A stretch of DNA of 62,246 nt, from positions 1 to 62,246 of the forward strand of contig JAOTTY010000001.1 in assembly GCA_029864185.1 (NCBI GenBank), given 5' to 3'. Origin of the DNA: Gammaproteobacteria bacterium (GTDB lineage: Bacteria > Pseudomonadota > Gammaproteobacteria > GCA-001735895). This document shows positions 19,326 to 30,986 of the stretch, one piece after another. How positions within the stretch are numbered: position 1 is the first letter of the stretch; each line of letters begins with the position of its first letter. Position numbers and translations under genes: made by a program. The notes below the pieces were generated by a model. The model was not told the DNA's origin, ran no database searches, and was given only the letters and a program-made list of their open reading frames with translations.

Positions 19326-20869
19326 GATTCGAGCTGCGGTAGCAGGCCGGGCTCACCGAGCGAGGTGATAATGCCGCGTTCCATCACCAGCTGTTTGATC
19401 GCGGCGATATCGTCGGCCAGGTAACGATCGTCGCCGAGCGGCGCTACCTGCGCGCGCACCGCTGCCATGATCAGGGCGAGACGCCCGCTGGTCTTGACCG
19501 GGGCGCGGAACTCGATTCCCTGTACCGCGATCAGCAGTTCGATCGCGATGATGAAGGCGAGGTTGTGATTCATCTCGCCGAGGCGTCGTGCCGCGTGACA
19601 GGCCATAGAAACGTGATCCTCCTGGTTGGCGCTGGTCGGCGTCGAATCGATCGAGCAGGGCATTGCGCGCTGCTTGTTCTCGGCCATCAGCGCCGCCGCG
19701 GTGACCTCGGCGATCATGAACCCGGAGTTGAGCCCCGGGTCGGGCGAGATAAACGCCGGCAGGCCGAAGTTCTGCACCGGGTCCACCGCGGTGGCGATAC
19801 GGCGCTCGGCGATCGAACCGATCTCCGCGATCGCTAGCGCACACTGGTCGGCGCCGAAGGCGACGGGCTCGGCGTGGAAATTTCCGCCCGACAGTATCGA
19901 GCCGTCCTCGACGACGACGATCGGGTTGTCGGTGACGGCGTTGGCTTCGATTTCGAGCATTTGCGCGACCTGCCGAAATTGATCGAGGCAGGCTCCCATA
20001 ACCTGGGGCTGGCAGCGGAAACTGTAGGGATCCTGCACGCGTTCGTCGTTTTCGAGGTGGGATTCGCGAATTTCGGAACCCTCGAGCAGCGTGCGCAGGC
20101 ACTGCGCGGCGTCGATCTGACCCCTGAGCCCGCGCAGGGCATGAATTTCGGGGCGAAATGGCCGCGTCGAGCCCATCAGCGCGTCGGTCGTCATCGCGCC
20201 CGATATCAGCGCGGTCTGCGCCAGGTTCCACGCGTCGAACAGGCCCGCGAGCGCGAGCGCGGTCGACACCTGGGTGCCGTTGATCATGCCCAGACCTTCC
20301 TTGGGCCCGAGTTCCAGCGGCTCGAGGTTTTCCATGCGCAGGGCTTCGCTTGCCGATATTTTAGCGCCTTCGTAAAACACGTGACCTTCGCCGATCATCG
20401 CCGCTGTCAGGTGCGCCAGCGGCGCGAGGTCGCCCGAGGCGCCAACCGAACCCTGCGCCGGGATCAACGGGATCATTTCGAGCCGCAACAGGGTCTGCAG
20501 CCTTTCGATAATTTCCCAGCGCACCCCGGAAGCACCGCGGCCCAGCGACAGCATCTTCAGCGTGATGACCAGCCGCACCACCGCGGCGGGCAGGGGATCG
20601 CCGACCCCGCAACAGTGCGACAGGATCAGGTTGCGTTGCAGCTGGGAGGTCTGGTCGGCCGGAATCCGGGTCGACGCCAGCTTGCCGAAGCCGGTGTTGA
20701 TGCCGTAGACCGGCGCCTCGCCGCACGCCGCCTCGGCGACGATTCTGGCGGCGGCTTCGACGCGGGGTCTGCAGGCGAGATCGATCTCGGCGCAGAGTTC
20801 TTCGCGGTAAATACGGCGCAGCTCGGCGAGGCGCGTTTTGCCAGGTGTCAGCGTTAATGCCTTTGCCAC
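19322..20869 (-). CDS. hutH: histidine ammonia-lyase
   Basis: MIO-forming [14 protein letters not shown]. Confidence 0.95.
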   Translation of the reverse strand: MAKALTLTPGKTRLAELRRIYREELCAEIDLACRPRVEAAARIVAEAACGEAPVYGINTGFGKLASTRIPADQTSQLQRNLILSHCCGVGDPLPAAVVRLVITLKMLSLGRGASGVRWEIIERLQTLLRLEMIPLIPAQGSVGASGDLAPLAHLTAAMIGEGHVFYEGAKISASEALRMENLEPLELGPKEGLGMINGTQVSTALALAGLFDAWNLAQTALISGAMTTDALMGSTRPFRPEIHALRGLRGQIDAAQCLRTLLEGSEIRESHLENDERVQDPYSFRCQPQVMGACLDQFRQVAQMLEIEANAVTDNPIVVVEDGSILSGGNFHAEPVAFGADQCALAIAEIGSIAERRIATAVDPVQNFGLPAFISPDPGLNSGFMIAEVTAAALMAENKQRAMPCSIDSTPTSANQEDHVSMACHAARRLGEMNHNLAFIIAIELLIAVQGIEFRAPVKTSGRLALIMAAVRAQVAPLGDDRYLADDIAAIKQLVMERGIITSLGEPGLLPQLES

Positions 20870-20878
20870 GGTTTTCTC

Positions 20879-22243
20879 CTAAGCGGCCAGTTGATCGAGC
20901 GTAGCACGATAATTTCGCGCAATCGCATCTTCATCGGCATGGTGACCGTTCTCGATCAGCTTGCGCCCGCCGATATAGACGTCGCGCACGAGGTTATCGT
21001 TGCCGGAAAAGATCCAGCTGTCGATCAACTCGTCGCGATTGCGCCCGTAGAGGCGCGGATGATCGCAATCGAGCACGACGAAGTCGGCGCGGTATCCCGG
21101 CTGGATGCTGCCGATGCTGCGGCCGCAGGCCCGCGCCCCGCCGGCGAGCGCGGCTGCGAACAGATTACGGCCGGTGTTAGCGGTCGTCGGCGAGGCCAGC
21201 ACGTTGCGCCGCCGGGTCTGCAGGCGCACGCCGTATTCGAGCCAGCGCAGCTCCTCGACCGGGTCGATCGAGATATGACTATCGGAACCGATTGCCCAGC
21301 TGCCGTGCCGCTCGAAATAGTCGACCGCGTTGAAAAAACCGTCACCGAGATTGGCCTCGGTAGTCGGGCACAGTCCCGCGATACAGCCGCTTGCAGCCAT
21401 GCGTGCGGTTTCCGTATCATCCAGGTGCGTCGCATGGACCAGGCACCAGTCCGGGCCGACATCGAAATGCTCGAACAGCCATTCCACCGGGCGCAGACCG
21501 CTCCACGCGATGCAGTCGTCGACCTCTCTGGTTTGCTCGGCGATATGGATATGGATTGCCGCGAGGTCGTCGAGACCGGCGATAACCTCTGCCAGTAAAC
21601 CCTGGTCGATAGCCCGCAGCGAATGCGGTGCGATGCCGACCGCGCAATTGGCGTCGCCGGCGCTGGCCTGTTGCAGGGTCTCGACGATATCGATGAATCC
21701 CCCGGTCTCGTTGAGAAAGCGCTTTTGCCCGTCGAGCGGGGGTGCCGCGCCGAAACCGCCGTAACGGTAAAGCACCGGCAGCGCGGTAAAGCCGAGACCG
21801 ACGTCGCGCGCCGCGCTCATGCACTGCAGGCTCATCTCGGCGCGGCTCTGGTAGGCGCTACCGTCGATGTCGTGATGCAGGTACTGGAATTCGCCGACAC
21901 AACCATAGCCGGCCTTGAGCATTTCGACGTAGAGCTGCGCCGCGATGTGGTAGAGGTGTTGCGGCTGGATGCGTTCCAGGTAGTGATACATGACCTTGCG
22001 CCAGGTCCAGAAGCTATCGGCGCTCGCACTGGCACGTTCGCCGAGGCCCGCCATCGCGCGTTGATGCGCGTGCGAATGCACGTTCGGCATCGCCGGAAGC
22101 AGCAGTTCGACCCGTTCCCCCGATACCCGGACCGTGTCCGGCGCGATGCCGTCGATATTGCCGTCATCGTCGATGGTGATTTCGACCGAGTCGGCCCAGC
22201 CGCCGGTCAGCAGGGCGGAGGCAGCCCAGATTTTAGTGGTCAT
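20879..22243 (-). CDS. hutF: formimidoylglutamate deiminase
   Basis: Amidohydrolase metal motif NVHSHAHQ, in hut context. Confidence 0.88.
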   Translation of the reverse strand: MTTKIWAASALLTGGWADSVEITIDDDGNIDGIAPDTVRVSGERVELLLPAMPNVHSHAHQRAMAGLGERASASADSFWTWRKVMYHYLERIQPQHLYHIAAQLYVEMLKAGYGCVGEFQYLHHDIDGSAYQSRAEMSLQCMSAARDVGLGFTALPVLYRYGGFGAAPPLDGQKRFLNETGGFIDIVETLQQASAGDANCAVGIAPHSLRAIDQGLLAEVIAGLDDLAAIHIHIAEQTREVDDCIAWSGLRPVEWLFEHFDVGPDWCLVHATHLDDTETARMAASGCIAGLCPTTEANLGDGFFNAVDYFERHGSWAIGSDSHISIDPVEELRWLEYGVRLQTRRRNVLASPTTANTGRNLFAAALAGGARACGRSIGSIQPGYRADFVVLDCDHPRLYGRNRDELIDSWIFSGNDNLVRDVYIGGRKLIENGHHADEDAIARNYRATLDQLAA

Positions 22244-22292
22244 ACCCGATTACCGATGATCCGTGTTGCGTTTGTTGTGGAATCAGCGTAAC

Positions 22293-22312
22293 ATACTTGT
22301 ATATACAAGTAT
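22293..22312. promoter_or_regulatory. HutC-type operator in the hutF / hutI divergent region
   Basis: Perfect 20-bp palindrome ATACTTGTATATACAAGTAT. Confidence 0.8.
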
Positions 22313-22330
22313 AGTGTGCGGCCTGAAATA

Positions 22331-23539
22331 ATGTCTCAAACTCTTTTCGTCAATGCAACCCTGGCCTCGATGCAGGGCAACAGCGGCTACGGGCTGCAAC
22401 AGCAGGCTGCGCTGCTGGTAGACGGCGATCGTATAGCCTGGATCGGGGACATGACCGCACGGCCGAGGGATGACAGCATCGAAATCGTCGACTGCGAGCA
22501 GCGCCTGCTGACCCCGGGGCTGGTCGATTGCCATACCCACCTGATTTACGGTGGTGACCGCGCCGACGAATTCGAAATGCGCCTGGAGGGAGCGAGTTAC
22601 GCAGAGATTGCTGCGCGCGGCGGTGGCATTCTTGCCACCGTCCATGCCACTCGGCAGGCAAGTGAAGAAGAGTTGTTTGCCGAGGCGTTGCCGCGCATTC
22701 GGGCGTTGCTTGGTGAAGGGGTTACCACGCTCGAGATAAAATCGGGTTACGGGCTCGACAGCGCAACCGAGATCAAGATGCTGCGTGTCGCGGCCAGACT
22801 CGAGCGCGACCTCGGCGTTCGCATCCAGAAGACATTTCTCGGCGCGCACGCGTTGCCGCCGGAATACGAGGGACACGCCGATGCCTACATCGACCTGGTG
22901 TGCGAGGAAATGTTGCCGCAGGCGCAGCACGAGGGTCTCGTCGACGCGGTCGACGTGTTCATCGAATCGATCGCCTTCAGCCTCGAGCAGGGCGAAAGAG
23001 TGCTCGCCCGTGCGCAGGACCTCGGGCTGCCGGTCAAGGCACACGTCGAGCAGCTCAGCGATCTTGGCGGCGCCGCGATGGCGGCCGCGCGCGGCGCGCT
23101 GTCGGTAGATCATCTGGAGTATCTGGCGCCTGCCGATGTAGCCCACCTGGCAGACAACGGCACGGTGGCGGTGTTGCTGCCGGGCGCATTCTACGTGCTG
23201 CGCGAGACGCAGCTGCCGCCGATCGCGGCGTTGCGCGAGCGGCGGGTTCCGATGGCGCTCGCGACCGACGCCAACCCGGGCAGCTCGCCGCTGCACTCGT
23301 TGCTGTTGATCATGAACATGGCCTGCACGCTGTTTCGCATGACTCCGGCAGAAGCGCTGCGCGGCGTGACCGTCAACGCGGCCCGGGCGCTCGGCATGGA
23401 CAGGGAAATCGGCACGCTGGAAACCGGCAAAAAGGCGGATATCGTCGTCTGGAACCTGCAGCGGCCGGCGATGCTGAGCTATCGTGTCGGGGTCAACCCC
23501 TGTCGGGCCGTGATGCAGGCCGGCCGCTGGCGGTCATGA
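22331..23539 (+). CDS. hutI: imidazolonepropionase
   Basis: GLVDCHTHLIYGG motif. ATG 22331 (MSQTLFVNATL) is preferred over the tracked GTG 22316, which lies 3 nt after the operator. Confidence 0.9.
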   Translation: MSQTLFVNATLASMQGNSGYGLQQQAALLVDGDRIAWIGDMTARPRDDSIEIVDCEQRLLTPGLVDCHTHLIYGGDRADEFEMRLEGASYAEIAARGGGILATVHATRQASEEELFAEALPRIRALLGEGVTTLEIKSGYGLDSATEIKMLRVAARLERDLGVRIQKTFLGAHALPPEYEGHADAYIDLVCEEMLPQAQHEGLVDAVDVFIESIAFSLEQGERVLARAQDLGLPVKAHVEQLSDLGGAAMAAARGALSVDHLEYLAPADVAHLADNGTVAVLLPGAFYVLRETQLPPIAALRERRVPMALATDANPGSSPLHSLLLIMNMACTLFRMTPAEALRGVTVNAARALGMDREIGTLETGKKADIVVWNLQRPAMLSYRVGVNPCRAVMQAGRWRS

Positions 23540-23558
23540 CGATGAGGGAAGGGACAAA

Positions 23559-24320
23559 ATGAGCGCAATCCTCGACAGTTTCGATGACGTCAGCAAGGCC
23601 GCCCCCGAGCCGATATACCAGCAGATCAAGCGCGTCATCCAGCAGCGCATCGCCAGCGGAGAATGGCAGCCGGGGCAGAAACTGCCGTCCGAAAACGACC
23701 TGGTCGTGGCGCTCGATGTCAGCCGCATGACGATCAACCGCGCCCTGCGCGAACTAACGCAGCAGGGCCTGATCAAGCGCATTCACGGGCTGGGTTCGTT
23801 CGTCGCCGAAACGCCACGCCATGCCAGCTTGATCGAACTGCAGGATATCGCACTCGAAATCGAGCAGGACGGCAGGCGCCACGGTTCGAAGATACTGCAG
23901 CTTGCATCGGTAGCGGCGCCGGCCGATATCGCGGCGCAGATGGGGCTCCCTGCGGCCAACCAGGTATACCTGCTGCGCGCCGTCCATTACCAGGACGAGT
24001 TGCCGATCCAGCTCGAGACGCGCTATGTCAATCCGGCCGCGATGCCCGATTTTCTGCAGCAGGATTTTACCCGCATGACCGCGACCGCCTACCTGCTCGG
24101 CCGCTTCAAGCCGGACGAAATGGAGCACCGCGTGCGCGCCGTGATGCCGGACCGGGAATGCCGCGAGTTGCTGCAGATGCCGGCGGATCAACCCTGCCTG
24201 CAGCTGACCCGGCGCACCTGGAAGGACAACCGGGTCGTGACTCATGTAACCCTGACATATCCGGGGGACCGTTACCAACTCGGTGCGCGTTACGCCACCA
24301 ACGAATATCAACTGCGCTAG
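23559..24320 (+). CDS. hutC: histidine utilization repressor (GntR/HutC family)
   Basis: w[44 protein letters not shown], plus a UTRA-like C-terminus. Confidence 0.92.
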   Translation: MSAILDSFDDVSKAAPEPIYQQIKRVIQQRIASGEWQPGQKLPSENDLVVALDVSRMTINRALRELTQQGLIKRIHGLGSFVAETPRHASLIELQDIALEIEQDGRRHGSKILQLASVAAPADIAAQMGLPAANQVYLLRAVHYQDELPIQLETRYVNPAAMPDFLQQDFTRMTATAYLLGRFKPDEMEHRVRAVMPDRECRELLQMPADQPCLQLTRRTWKDNRVVTHVTLTYPGDRYQLGARYATNEYQLR

Positions 24321-24343
24321 CAGAGCTTAACGAGGAAACCAAT

Positions 24344-26017
24344 ATGCCTTTAGACAGAACCGACACAAGCCGCAAGATCCGCGCCCCGCGCGGCAGCGAA
24401 CTGAGCTGCAAGAGCTGGCTCACCGAAGCCCCTTATCGCATGATTCAGAACAACCTCGATCCCGAGGTTGCCGAGAAGCCGGAGCAATTGATCGTCTACG
24501 GCGGCATCGGCCGCGCGGCGCGCAACTGGGAGTGCTTCGACAAGATTCTCGAATGCCTGCGCCAACTCGACGATGACGAGAGCCTGTTGATCCAGTCCGG
24601 CAAGCCCGTCGGCGTTTTCAAGACGCACGCCGATGCGCCGCGGGTGTTGATCGCCAACTCCAACCTGGTGCCGCACTGGGCCACCTGGGAGCACTTCAAC
24701 GAACTCGACCGCAAGGGATTGATGATGTTCGGACAGATGACCGCGGGTTCGTGGATATATATCGGTAGCCAGGGCATTGTGCAGGGCACCTACGAAACCT
24801 TCGTCGAGGCGGGCCGGCAGCATTTCGGTGGCGATACCCGCGGTAAGTGGATCCTGACCTCGGGCCTTGGCGGCATGGGCGGGGCGCAGCCGCTCGCCGC
24901 GACCATGGCGGGCTACAGCATGCTCTGTGTCGAATGCGACGAGGCGCGTATCGATTTCCGACTGCGCACGAAGTACCTGGACCGGCGCGCGGGTTCGCTC
25001 GACGAGGCGCTGCAGATGATCGATAGCGCCTGCGCGAAGGGCGAGGCGCTGTCGGTCGGGCTGCTTGGCAACGGTGGTGAAATTCTGCCCGAGCTGGTAC
25101 GGCGCGGCGTCAAGCCCGACATCGTCACCGACCAGACCTCGGCGCACGACCCGGTCAACGGATACCTGCCGATCGGCTGGACCATGGAACAATGGGAAAT
25201 GAAACGCGCAACAGATCCCGAGCTGGTCGCGGCCGAGGCGCGCAAGTCGATGGCGGTGCACGTGCAGGCGATGCTCGATTTTTACGGCCAGGGCATTCCG
25301 ACCGTCGACTATGGCAACAACATCCGCCAGGAAGCCTTCGACCAGGGTGTCAAGCACGCCTTCGATTTCCCCGGATTCGTTCCCGCCTATATAAGACCGC
25401 TGTTCTGCAAGGGCATCGGTCCGTTCCGCTGGGTCGCGTTGTCCGGAGACCCCGAGGACATCTACAGGACCGATGCCAAGGTCAAGGAACTGATTCCCGA
25501 CGATCCCCATTTGCACAACTGGCTCGACATGGCGCAAAGCCGCATCAGTTTCCAGGGCCTGCCGGCACGAATCTGCTGGGTCGGACTCGGCGACCGCGAC
25601 CGCCTCGGGCTCGCCTTCAACGAGATGGTTGCATCGGGAGAACTGAAGGCGCCGGTGGTGATCGGGCGCGATCATCTCGACTCCGGCTCGGTGGCAAGCC
25701 CCAACCGCGAAACCGAAGCGATGCTCGATGGCTCCGACGCGGTTTCCGACTGGGCGCTGCTGAACCTGCTGCTTTCCACCTCGGGTGGCGCGACCTGGGT
25801 CTCGTTCCATCACGGCGGCGGCGTCGGCATGGGCTATGCGCAACACGCAGGGCTGGTTATCTGCTGCGACGGGACCGCTGCGGCTGCGGCGCGCATCAGG
25901 CGCGTGTTGTGGAACGATCCCGCTAGCGGCGTGATGCGCCATGCCGACGCCGGATACGAGATTGCCAAGCAGTGCGCGCGCGAGCACGGGCTGAATCTGG
26001 GCGCGATCGAGTTGTGA
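24344..26017 (+). CDS. hutU: urocanate hydratase
   Basis: The start is moved to ATG 24344 ([25 protein letters not shown]). NAD site: [17 protein letters not shown]. Confidence 0.95.
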   Translation: MPLDRTDTSRKIRAPRGSELSCKSWLTEAPYRMIQNNLDPEVAEKPEQLIVYGGIGRAARNWECFDKILECLRQLDDDESLLIQSGKPVGVFKTHADAPRVLIANSNLVPHWATWEHFNELDRKGLMMFGQMTAGSWIYIGSQGIVQGTYETFVEAGRQHFGGDTRGKWILTSGLGGMGGAQPLAATMAGYSMLCVECDEARIDFRLRTKYLDRRAGSLDEALQMIDSACAKGEALSVGLLGNGGEILPELVRRGVKPDIVTDQTSAHDPVNGYLPIGWTMEQWEMKRATDPELVAAEARKSMAVHVQAMLDFYGQGIPTVDYGNNIRQEAFDQGVKHAFDFPGFVPAYIRPLFCKGIGPFRWVALSGDPEDIYRTDAKVKELIPDDPHLHNWLDMAQSRISFQGLPARICWVGLGDRDRLGLAFNEMVASGELKAPVVIGRDHLDSGSVASPNRETEAMLDGSDAVSDWALLNLLLSTSGGATWVSFHHGGGVGMGYAQHAGLVICCDGTAAAAARIRRVLWNDPASGVMRHADAGYEIAKQCAREHGLNLGAIEL

Positions 26018-26071
26018 TTTAGAGGGATCCGTTGGGACATTAAGAGGACACAATACTCGACTCCTTTGGGG

Positions 26072-26866
26072 TCAGGTATTGTGCCCCCGAGACAGGTGTT
26101 TATTGATGGCGTGCGCGGCGGCGATAAAGCCGAAGCAGGCGGTAACGCCGACGAACGAACCGAGACCGGTCGCGCAGTCGAGCGTGGTGCGTTCCGGCAT
26201 TACCGGTTTTTCGTGACTGACCCTGCCGTCACCGACCGGATACAGCGGCTGTTCGCCCGAAAATACGCAATCCATCCCGTAGCGGCGCTTGGGGTTGCGG
26301 CTGTAGCCGAGCTGCTGGCGCAGCGTGGATCGAACCTTGGCGAGCAGCGGGTCATTGAAGCTCTGCGTCAGGTCCTTGACCATAATCTGGGTAGGGTCGG
26401 TCTGACCGCCGGCGCCACCGGTCGAGACGCAGCGAATCTTATGGCGCCTGCAGTAATGCATCAGCGACAGCTTGTGGCTGACGTGATCGATGGCCTCGAT
26501 CACGTAATCGAATTGCCCGAAGTTGAATTTCTCGATGCTGGCGCGCGTCACCAGGTCATCGACCGCGCTGCAGTGACACTCGGGATTAATCGACAGGATA
26601 CGCTCGCGCAGCACCTCGACCTTGGAGCGCCCGATACTATCGATCGTCGTATGCAGTTGACGGTTGGTATTGCCGATATCGATATCGTCGTGATCGATCA
26701 GTGTGATGCTGCCGATTCCGCTACGCGCGCAGGCCTCGGCCGCCCAGGACCCGACCCCGCCGATGCCGACGATACAGAAATGTGCCCGCTGCAGCGGTGC
26801 CAGCGCGGCCTCGCCGTAAACCCGCGCTACGCCTTCGAAGCGTTGACGATAAGATGGACTGAGCAA
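26072..26866 (-). CDS. tcdA: tRNA threonylcarbamoyladenosine dehydratase (ThiF/E1-like)
   Basis: IVGIGGVGSWAAEACARSGIG and TLIDHDDIDIGNTNRQ. Confidence 0.85.
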   Translation of the reverse strand: MLSPSYRQRFEGVARVYGEAALAPLQRAHFCIVGIGGVGSWAAEACARSGIGSITLIDHDDIDIGNTNRQLHTTIDSIGRSKVEVLRERILSINPECHCSAVDDLVTRASIEKFNFGQFDYVIEAIDHVSHKLSLMHYCRRHKIRCVSTGGAGGQTDPTQIMVKDLTQSFNDPLLAKVRSTLRQQLGYSRNPKRRYGMDCVFSGEQPLYPVGDGRVSHEKPVMPERTTLDCATGLGSFVGVTACFGFIAAAHAINKHLSRGHNT

Positions 26867-27066
26867 CTGTTTATGCAGGGTTTTTCTGAATGTGGGCTTA
26901 TCCTAACCCATCAATCGTGAAACTGTAACCGGCTTGTCAAAAGCCGCCACAGGACGAACCAGGTTGCATTAATATTTCTAAAACGAGAAACCGGTTTGGT
27001 CTCGACGCTAACTGTCATTACAATAGGTCGCCCCGACCAGTCGAAGCTGAGCAAACCCGGAACCCT

Positions 27067-27690
27067 GTGAGTAGCGCCTGCCTGTTTACCATCTCGGCCC
27101 CTTCGGGCGCCGGCAAGACCAGCCTGGTCAAGGCGCTGCTGGAAAAGCGCGCCGGATCGCTCGCGGTTTGCGTGTCGCATTCGACGCGCACGAAGCGGCC
27201 CGGGGAGATCGATGGCGACGCTTATCACTTCGTCTCGCCGGAGCGCTTTCGGCGAATGGTCGACAACGATGAGTTTCTCGAGCACGCGCAGGTATTCGAT
27301 AATTACTACGGCACCGCGCGCGCGTCAGTTGAAAAGCTGCTCGCCAGCGGTAAAGACGTCATTCTCGAAATCGACTGGCAGGGCGCGCGCCAGGTCAAGG
27401 CCGGAAACCCGGAGACGGTGGCTATTTTTATTTTGCCGCCTTCGCGCGAGGAGCTCGAGCAGCGCCTGCGCGCCCGCGGCACCGACGACGAGGCTACCAT
27501 CGCGCGGCGCATGCGCGACGCCGATCGCGAAATGTCGCATTTTAATGACGCCGAGTACCTGGTAATCAACGATACCTTCGAACAGGCGCTGTTCGACCTC
27601 GACGCGATCATTCACTGTCAGGGTTTGACGCTGGCGCGGCAATCGCTTAAATACAGGGCGCTGATCGACTCGATTCCGCCGGAAATCTAA
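27067..27690 (+). CDS. gmk: guanylate kinase
   Basis: P-loop SAPSGAGKTS. GTG start. Confidence 0.93.
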   Translation: MSSACLFTISAPSGAGKTSLVKALLEKRAGSLAVCVSHSTRTKRPGEIDGDAYHFVSPERFRRMVDNDEFLEHAQVFDNYYGTARASVEKLLASGKDVILEIDWQGARQVKAGNPETVAIFILPPSREELEQRLRARGTDDEATIARRMRDADREMSHFNDAEYLVINDTFEQALFDLDAIIHCQGLTLARQSLKYRALIDSIPPEI

Positions 27691-27773
27691 CAGTTCTTTT
27701 TACCAATTAAGCCTTTAGGTTTAAGGCTTTTTTAGCTATGATTGCGCCCCGTTTTTGGATCAAGAGCACAAGC

Positions 27774-28070
27774 ATGGCGCGAATCACCGTAGAAGACTGT
27801 CTCGAGCACGTAGAAAACCGTTTCGACCTGGTACTGCTGGCGGCGCGGCGCGCACGGCAGATTGCCCAGGGCGCCGATCCGCTAGTCCCCCCCGAAAACG
27901 ACAAGCCCACCGTGCTGGCGTTGCGTGAAATCGCCGAAAACCTGATTACCGATTCGTCCATGGACGAAATGGAAGCCAAGGCCGAAATTGAAAAGATCGC
28001 GACCGATGACGACCTGATACGGCAGATCGCACAGGCCAGTATGCAGGCCGACGACAACGACCAGGCCTGA
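27774..28070 (+). CDS. rpoZ: RNA polymerase omega subunit
   Basis: The start is moved to ATG 27774 ([30 protein letters not shown]). Confidence 0.93.
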   Translation: MARITVEDCLEHVENRFDLVLLAARRARQIAQGADPLVPPENDKPTVLALREIAENLITDSSMDEMEAKAEIEKIATDDDLIRQIAQASMQADDNDQA

Positions 28071-28208
28071 CGACAACGACCAGGCGCCTTACCTCCTGAA
28101 AGCTCCTTCGAGCGGGCCCTGTGAAAGGTTCGTGCAAGACGCGCCTGCGTCTTGTAAATGTGTTATAAAACCCCATTGTGATATCGTGAAAAGGCTTATT
28201 GAAACGTA

Positions 28209-30374
28209 ATGGGGGCGAACTACGCCAATCTCTTCGAAGTTATCGCCGGGGACGTCGGTGCCAATGATGCCGAAACCCGCATTGCGGAACTTTGCAGCGA
28301 ACTCGAGTCGTATCTCGAGCCCGTGCAGGTTGAAGAGATTTACAAGGCATACCTGGTAGGCGCGGAGGCGCACGACGGGCAGAACCGCATATCGGGCGAG
28401 CCCTATATCAGCCACCCGGTAGCGGTCGCCCGCATCCTCGCGGAAATGCACATGGATAGCAAAAGCATTATCGCCGCAATCCTGCATGACGTTATCGAAG
28501 ACACGCCCACGGCCAAGGAGCAGATCGCCGAGCGGTTCGGCGCGGAAGTGGCCGAGCTCGTCGACGGCGTCAGCAAGCTGACGCAGATCGATTTTCGCAG
28601 CAAAGCCGAGGCACAGGCCGAAAACTTTCGCAAGATGATGCTGGCGATGGTCAAGGACATCCGCGTGATCATCATCAAGCTTGCCGATCGCCTGCACAAC
28701 ATGCGTACCCTCGACGCGATGCGCCCGGACAAGCGCCGCCGTATCGCGCACGAAACCATGGACATCTACGCACCGATCGCAAATCGGCTCGGTATCTTCA
28801 AGATGCGCCACGAGCTGCTCGACCTTTCGATCAAGGCGGCTTACCCGATGCGCTACCGCGCGCTGGAAAGCGCCTGCAGGGAAGTGGTCGGCTACCGCAA
28901 GGAAATTTTCAACACGATCGAAGCCGCGATCAAGCAGCGCCTCAAGGAAACCAATATCGAGGCCACCGTCAAGTACCGGCAGAAAAACATCCACAGTATC
29001 TACCGCAAAATGAAAGAGAAAAAGCTCAGCTTCAAGGAGCTTACCGACGTATTCGGCGTGCGCATCCTAACCCGGTCGGTGGATGATTGTTACCGCGTGC
29101 TCGGCGTCATGCACAACCTGTACAAGCCGCTGCCGGGCCGCTTCAAGGATTACCTCGCGATTCCGAAAACCAATGGCTACCAGTCGCTTCACAGCAGCCT
29201 GTTCGGCCCCCACGGCGTCGCCATCGAGGTGCAGATCCGCACCGAGGAAATGGATCATTTCGCCGAGTCGGGCATCGCCGCGCACTGGATATACAAGGAA
29301 GGCGAAAGTGGCGGCAGCAGCGCGCAGGGGCGGGCGCTCGAATGGCTCAAGAGCCTGCTCGAAATGCAGCAGAAATCGGGCAGCTCCCAGGAGTTCCTGG
29401 AAAGTGTCAAGGTCGACCTGTTCCCGGACGAAATTTATGTATTCACACCCAAGGGCGACATCAAGAAACTGCCGCGGGGTGCGACCGTGGTCGATTTTGC
29501 CTACGCGGTGCATACCGATGTCGGTAATACCTGCGTCGCCGCGCGTATTGACCATCACATGTCGCCGCTCGGCAGCAGGCTTTATAACGGGCAGACTATC
29601 GAAATCATTTGTTCCGAATCCAGCCGACCGCATCCAAGCTGGCTCGATTTCGTCAATACCGCCAAGGCGCGAACCAATATCCGCCATTTTCTGAAGTCGC
29701 TGCAGAAAACCGAGGCGATTTCGCTGGGACGGCGCCTGTTGCAGCAATCGGTCAGCCAGATCAAGGGAGGCGACGTCAACATTTCGAAAGGCAAGTTCAA
29801 GAAAGTGCTCGACCAGTACCATATGTCGGATCCGGAAGAGTTACTCGCCGAAATTGGCCTCGGCAACCGCAACTCCAGCCTGGTGGCGAAAGCCATGTAC
29901 GATGTCGAGGACGACACCACCGTTTTCGATGACTCCGGCAAGCCGCTCGCGATCAAGGGCACCGAGGGCATGGTCGTTTCCTTTGCCAGGTGTTGCCGGC
30001 CAGTGCCGGGCGACGCAATCTCGGGTTTCGTGTCGTCGGGAAAGGGTATCGTGATTCACCAGCGCGGCTGTCCCAATATTACCGAGCGTAGCAAGGAGGA
30101 CCGCCAGCTGTCGGTGCAGTGGTCCGATCATGTCGAAGGCGAATTCCTGGCCTACATGAGAGTCCAGGTCGCCAACCAGCGCGGCGTCCTCGCAACCCTG
30201 GCCGCGACCATCGCCAACATGTCCTCCAATATCGAGAACGTCAACCTGACCGAGAAAGACGGCCGTATTTCGACGATCGAGTTTGTCGTCACCGTAACGG
30301 ATCGCATCCACCTGGCGCGTATCATGAAGAAACTGCGCTCGCTGCCGGTGGTAAACCGCATCTGGCGCAGATAG
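28209..30374 (+). CDS. spoT: bifunctional (p)ppGpp synthetase/hydrolase
   Basis: HD motif ILHDVIEDT. Synthetase block [18 protein letters not shown] and C-terminal ACT-like regions. gmk-rpoZ-spoT-recG synteny. Confidence 0.93.
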   Translation: MGANYANLFEVIAGDVGANDAETRIAELCSELESYLEPVQVEEIYKAYLVGAEAHDGQNRISGEPYISHPVAVARILAEMHMDSKSIIAAILHDVIEDTPTAKEQIAERFGAEVAELVDGVSKLTQIDFRSKAEAQAENFRKMMLAMVKDIRVIIIKLADRLHNMRTLDAMRPDKRRRIAHETMDIYAPIANRLGIFKMRHELLDLSIKAAYPMRYRALESACREVVGYRKEIFNTIEAAIKQRLKETNIEATVKYRQKNIHSIYRKMKEKKLSFKELTDVFGVRILTRSVDDCYRVLGVMHNLYKPLPGRFKDYLAIPKTNGYQSLHSSLFGPHGVAIEVQIRTEEMDHFAESGIAAHWIYKEGESGGSSAQGRALEWLKSLLEMQQKSGSSQEFLESVKVDLFPDEIYVFTPKGDIKKLPRGATVVDFAYAVHTDVGNTCVAARIDHHMSPLGSRLYNGQTIEIICSESSRPHPSWLDFVNTAKARTNIRHFLKSLQKTEAISLGRRLLQQSVSQIKGGDVNISKGKFKKVLDQYHMSDPEELLAEIGLGNRNSSLVAKAMYDVEDDTTVFDDSGKPLAIKGTEGMVVSFARCCRPVPGDAISGFVSSGKGIVIHQRGCPNITERSKEDRQLSVQWSDHVEGEFLAYMRVQVANQRGVLATLAATIANMSSNIENVNLTEKDGRISTIEFVVTVTDRIHLARIMKKLRSLPVVNRIWRR

Positions 30375-30432
30375 CTGTTGCGAGCGCGGGGAATACCCGC
30401 ATAATCCGGAATCTTTGAGCTGGAGGAACGAA

Positions 30433-30816
30433 ATGGCAAAAACCATAATCCACACCGATGACGCGCCACAGGCCATCGGCACCTACTCGCAGGCGGTAAA
30501 ATCCGGCGACACGGTTTACATCTCCGGCCAGATCCCGCTCGACCCGGTCAGCATGGAAGTCGTATCCGGTGGCGTCGAGGCCGAGATAACCCGGGTTTTC
30601 GACAACCTGCAGGCGGTAGCGAGGGCATCCGGCGGCAGTCTTGCCGACGTGGTCAAGCTCAATATCTTCTTGACCGATCTCGGTAATTTTTCGACCGTCA
30701 ACGAAATCATGGCGCGCTATTTTCAACAGCCTTACCCGGCGCGTGCCGCCATCGGCGTCGCCGCGCTGCCCAAGGGAGTGGGCGTCGAAATGGATGCGAT
30801 ACTGGTCATCGACTAG
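30433..30816 (+). CDS. ridA: RidA/YjgF-family reactive-intermediate deaminase
   Basis: The start is moved to ATG 30433 ([22 protein letters not shown]...GQIPL). Confidence 0.9.
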   Translation: MAKTIIHTDDAPQAIGTYSQAVKSGDTVYISGQIPLDPVSMEVVSGGVEAEITRVFDNLQAVARASGGSLADVVKLNIFLTDLGNFSTVNEIMARYFQQPYPARAAIGVAALPKGVGVEMDAILVID

Positions 30817-30986
30817 CCTGGTACCGCCCGCCGGCAACCATCCCGGACGCGCTGCCCTGCAGGTGCGGGAAGCGCGCCTGTGGCGGTTGCTCGAGGCGCG
30901 CTCGGGACCCGGGCCCGCGCGAAACGATATGCCTGAGTACCTTAGCGATCCCCTGACCCCTGTTGCCAATGCCGGCATCGTGCGAC

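Noticed and set aside
22283-23296. 337-aa minus-strand ORF opposite hutI. Similar long antisense ORFs occur at 24350-26053 (-), 26066-26920 (+), 28089-28994 (-), 29067-29822 (-), 30322-31056 (-), 33179-34027 (-), 37536-38465 (-), 40146-40922 (+), 46175-47563 (-) and 49796-50593 (-).
   Set aside because: Each is antisense to a gene with strong family motifs (hutI, hutU, tcdA, spoT, ridA/recG, moeA, the dehydrogenase, the SRPBCC gene, the TPR lipoprotein, prs). Each has Arg-rich, low-complexity composition and contains no recognisable motif.
23663-24343. 227-codon N-terminal extension of hutU in the ORF track (start at 23663)
   Set aside because: The extension overlaps all of hutC in another frame and is Arg/Ala/Pro-rich. 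The urocanase homology begins at [11 protein letters not shown] (ATG 24344), which is preceded by GAGGAAACC.
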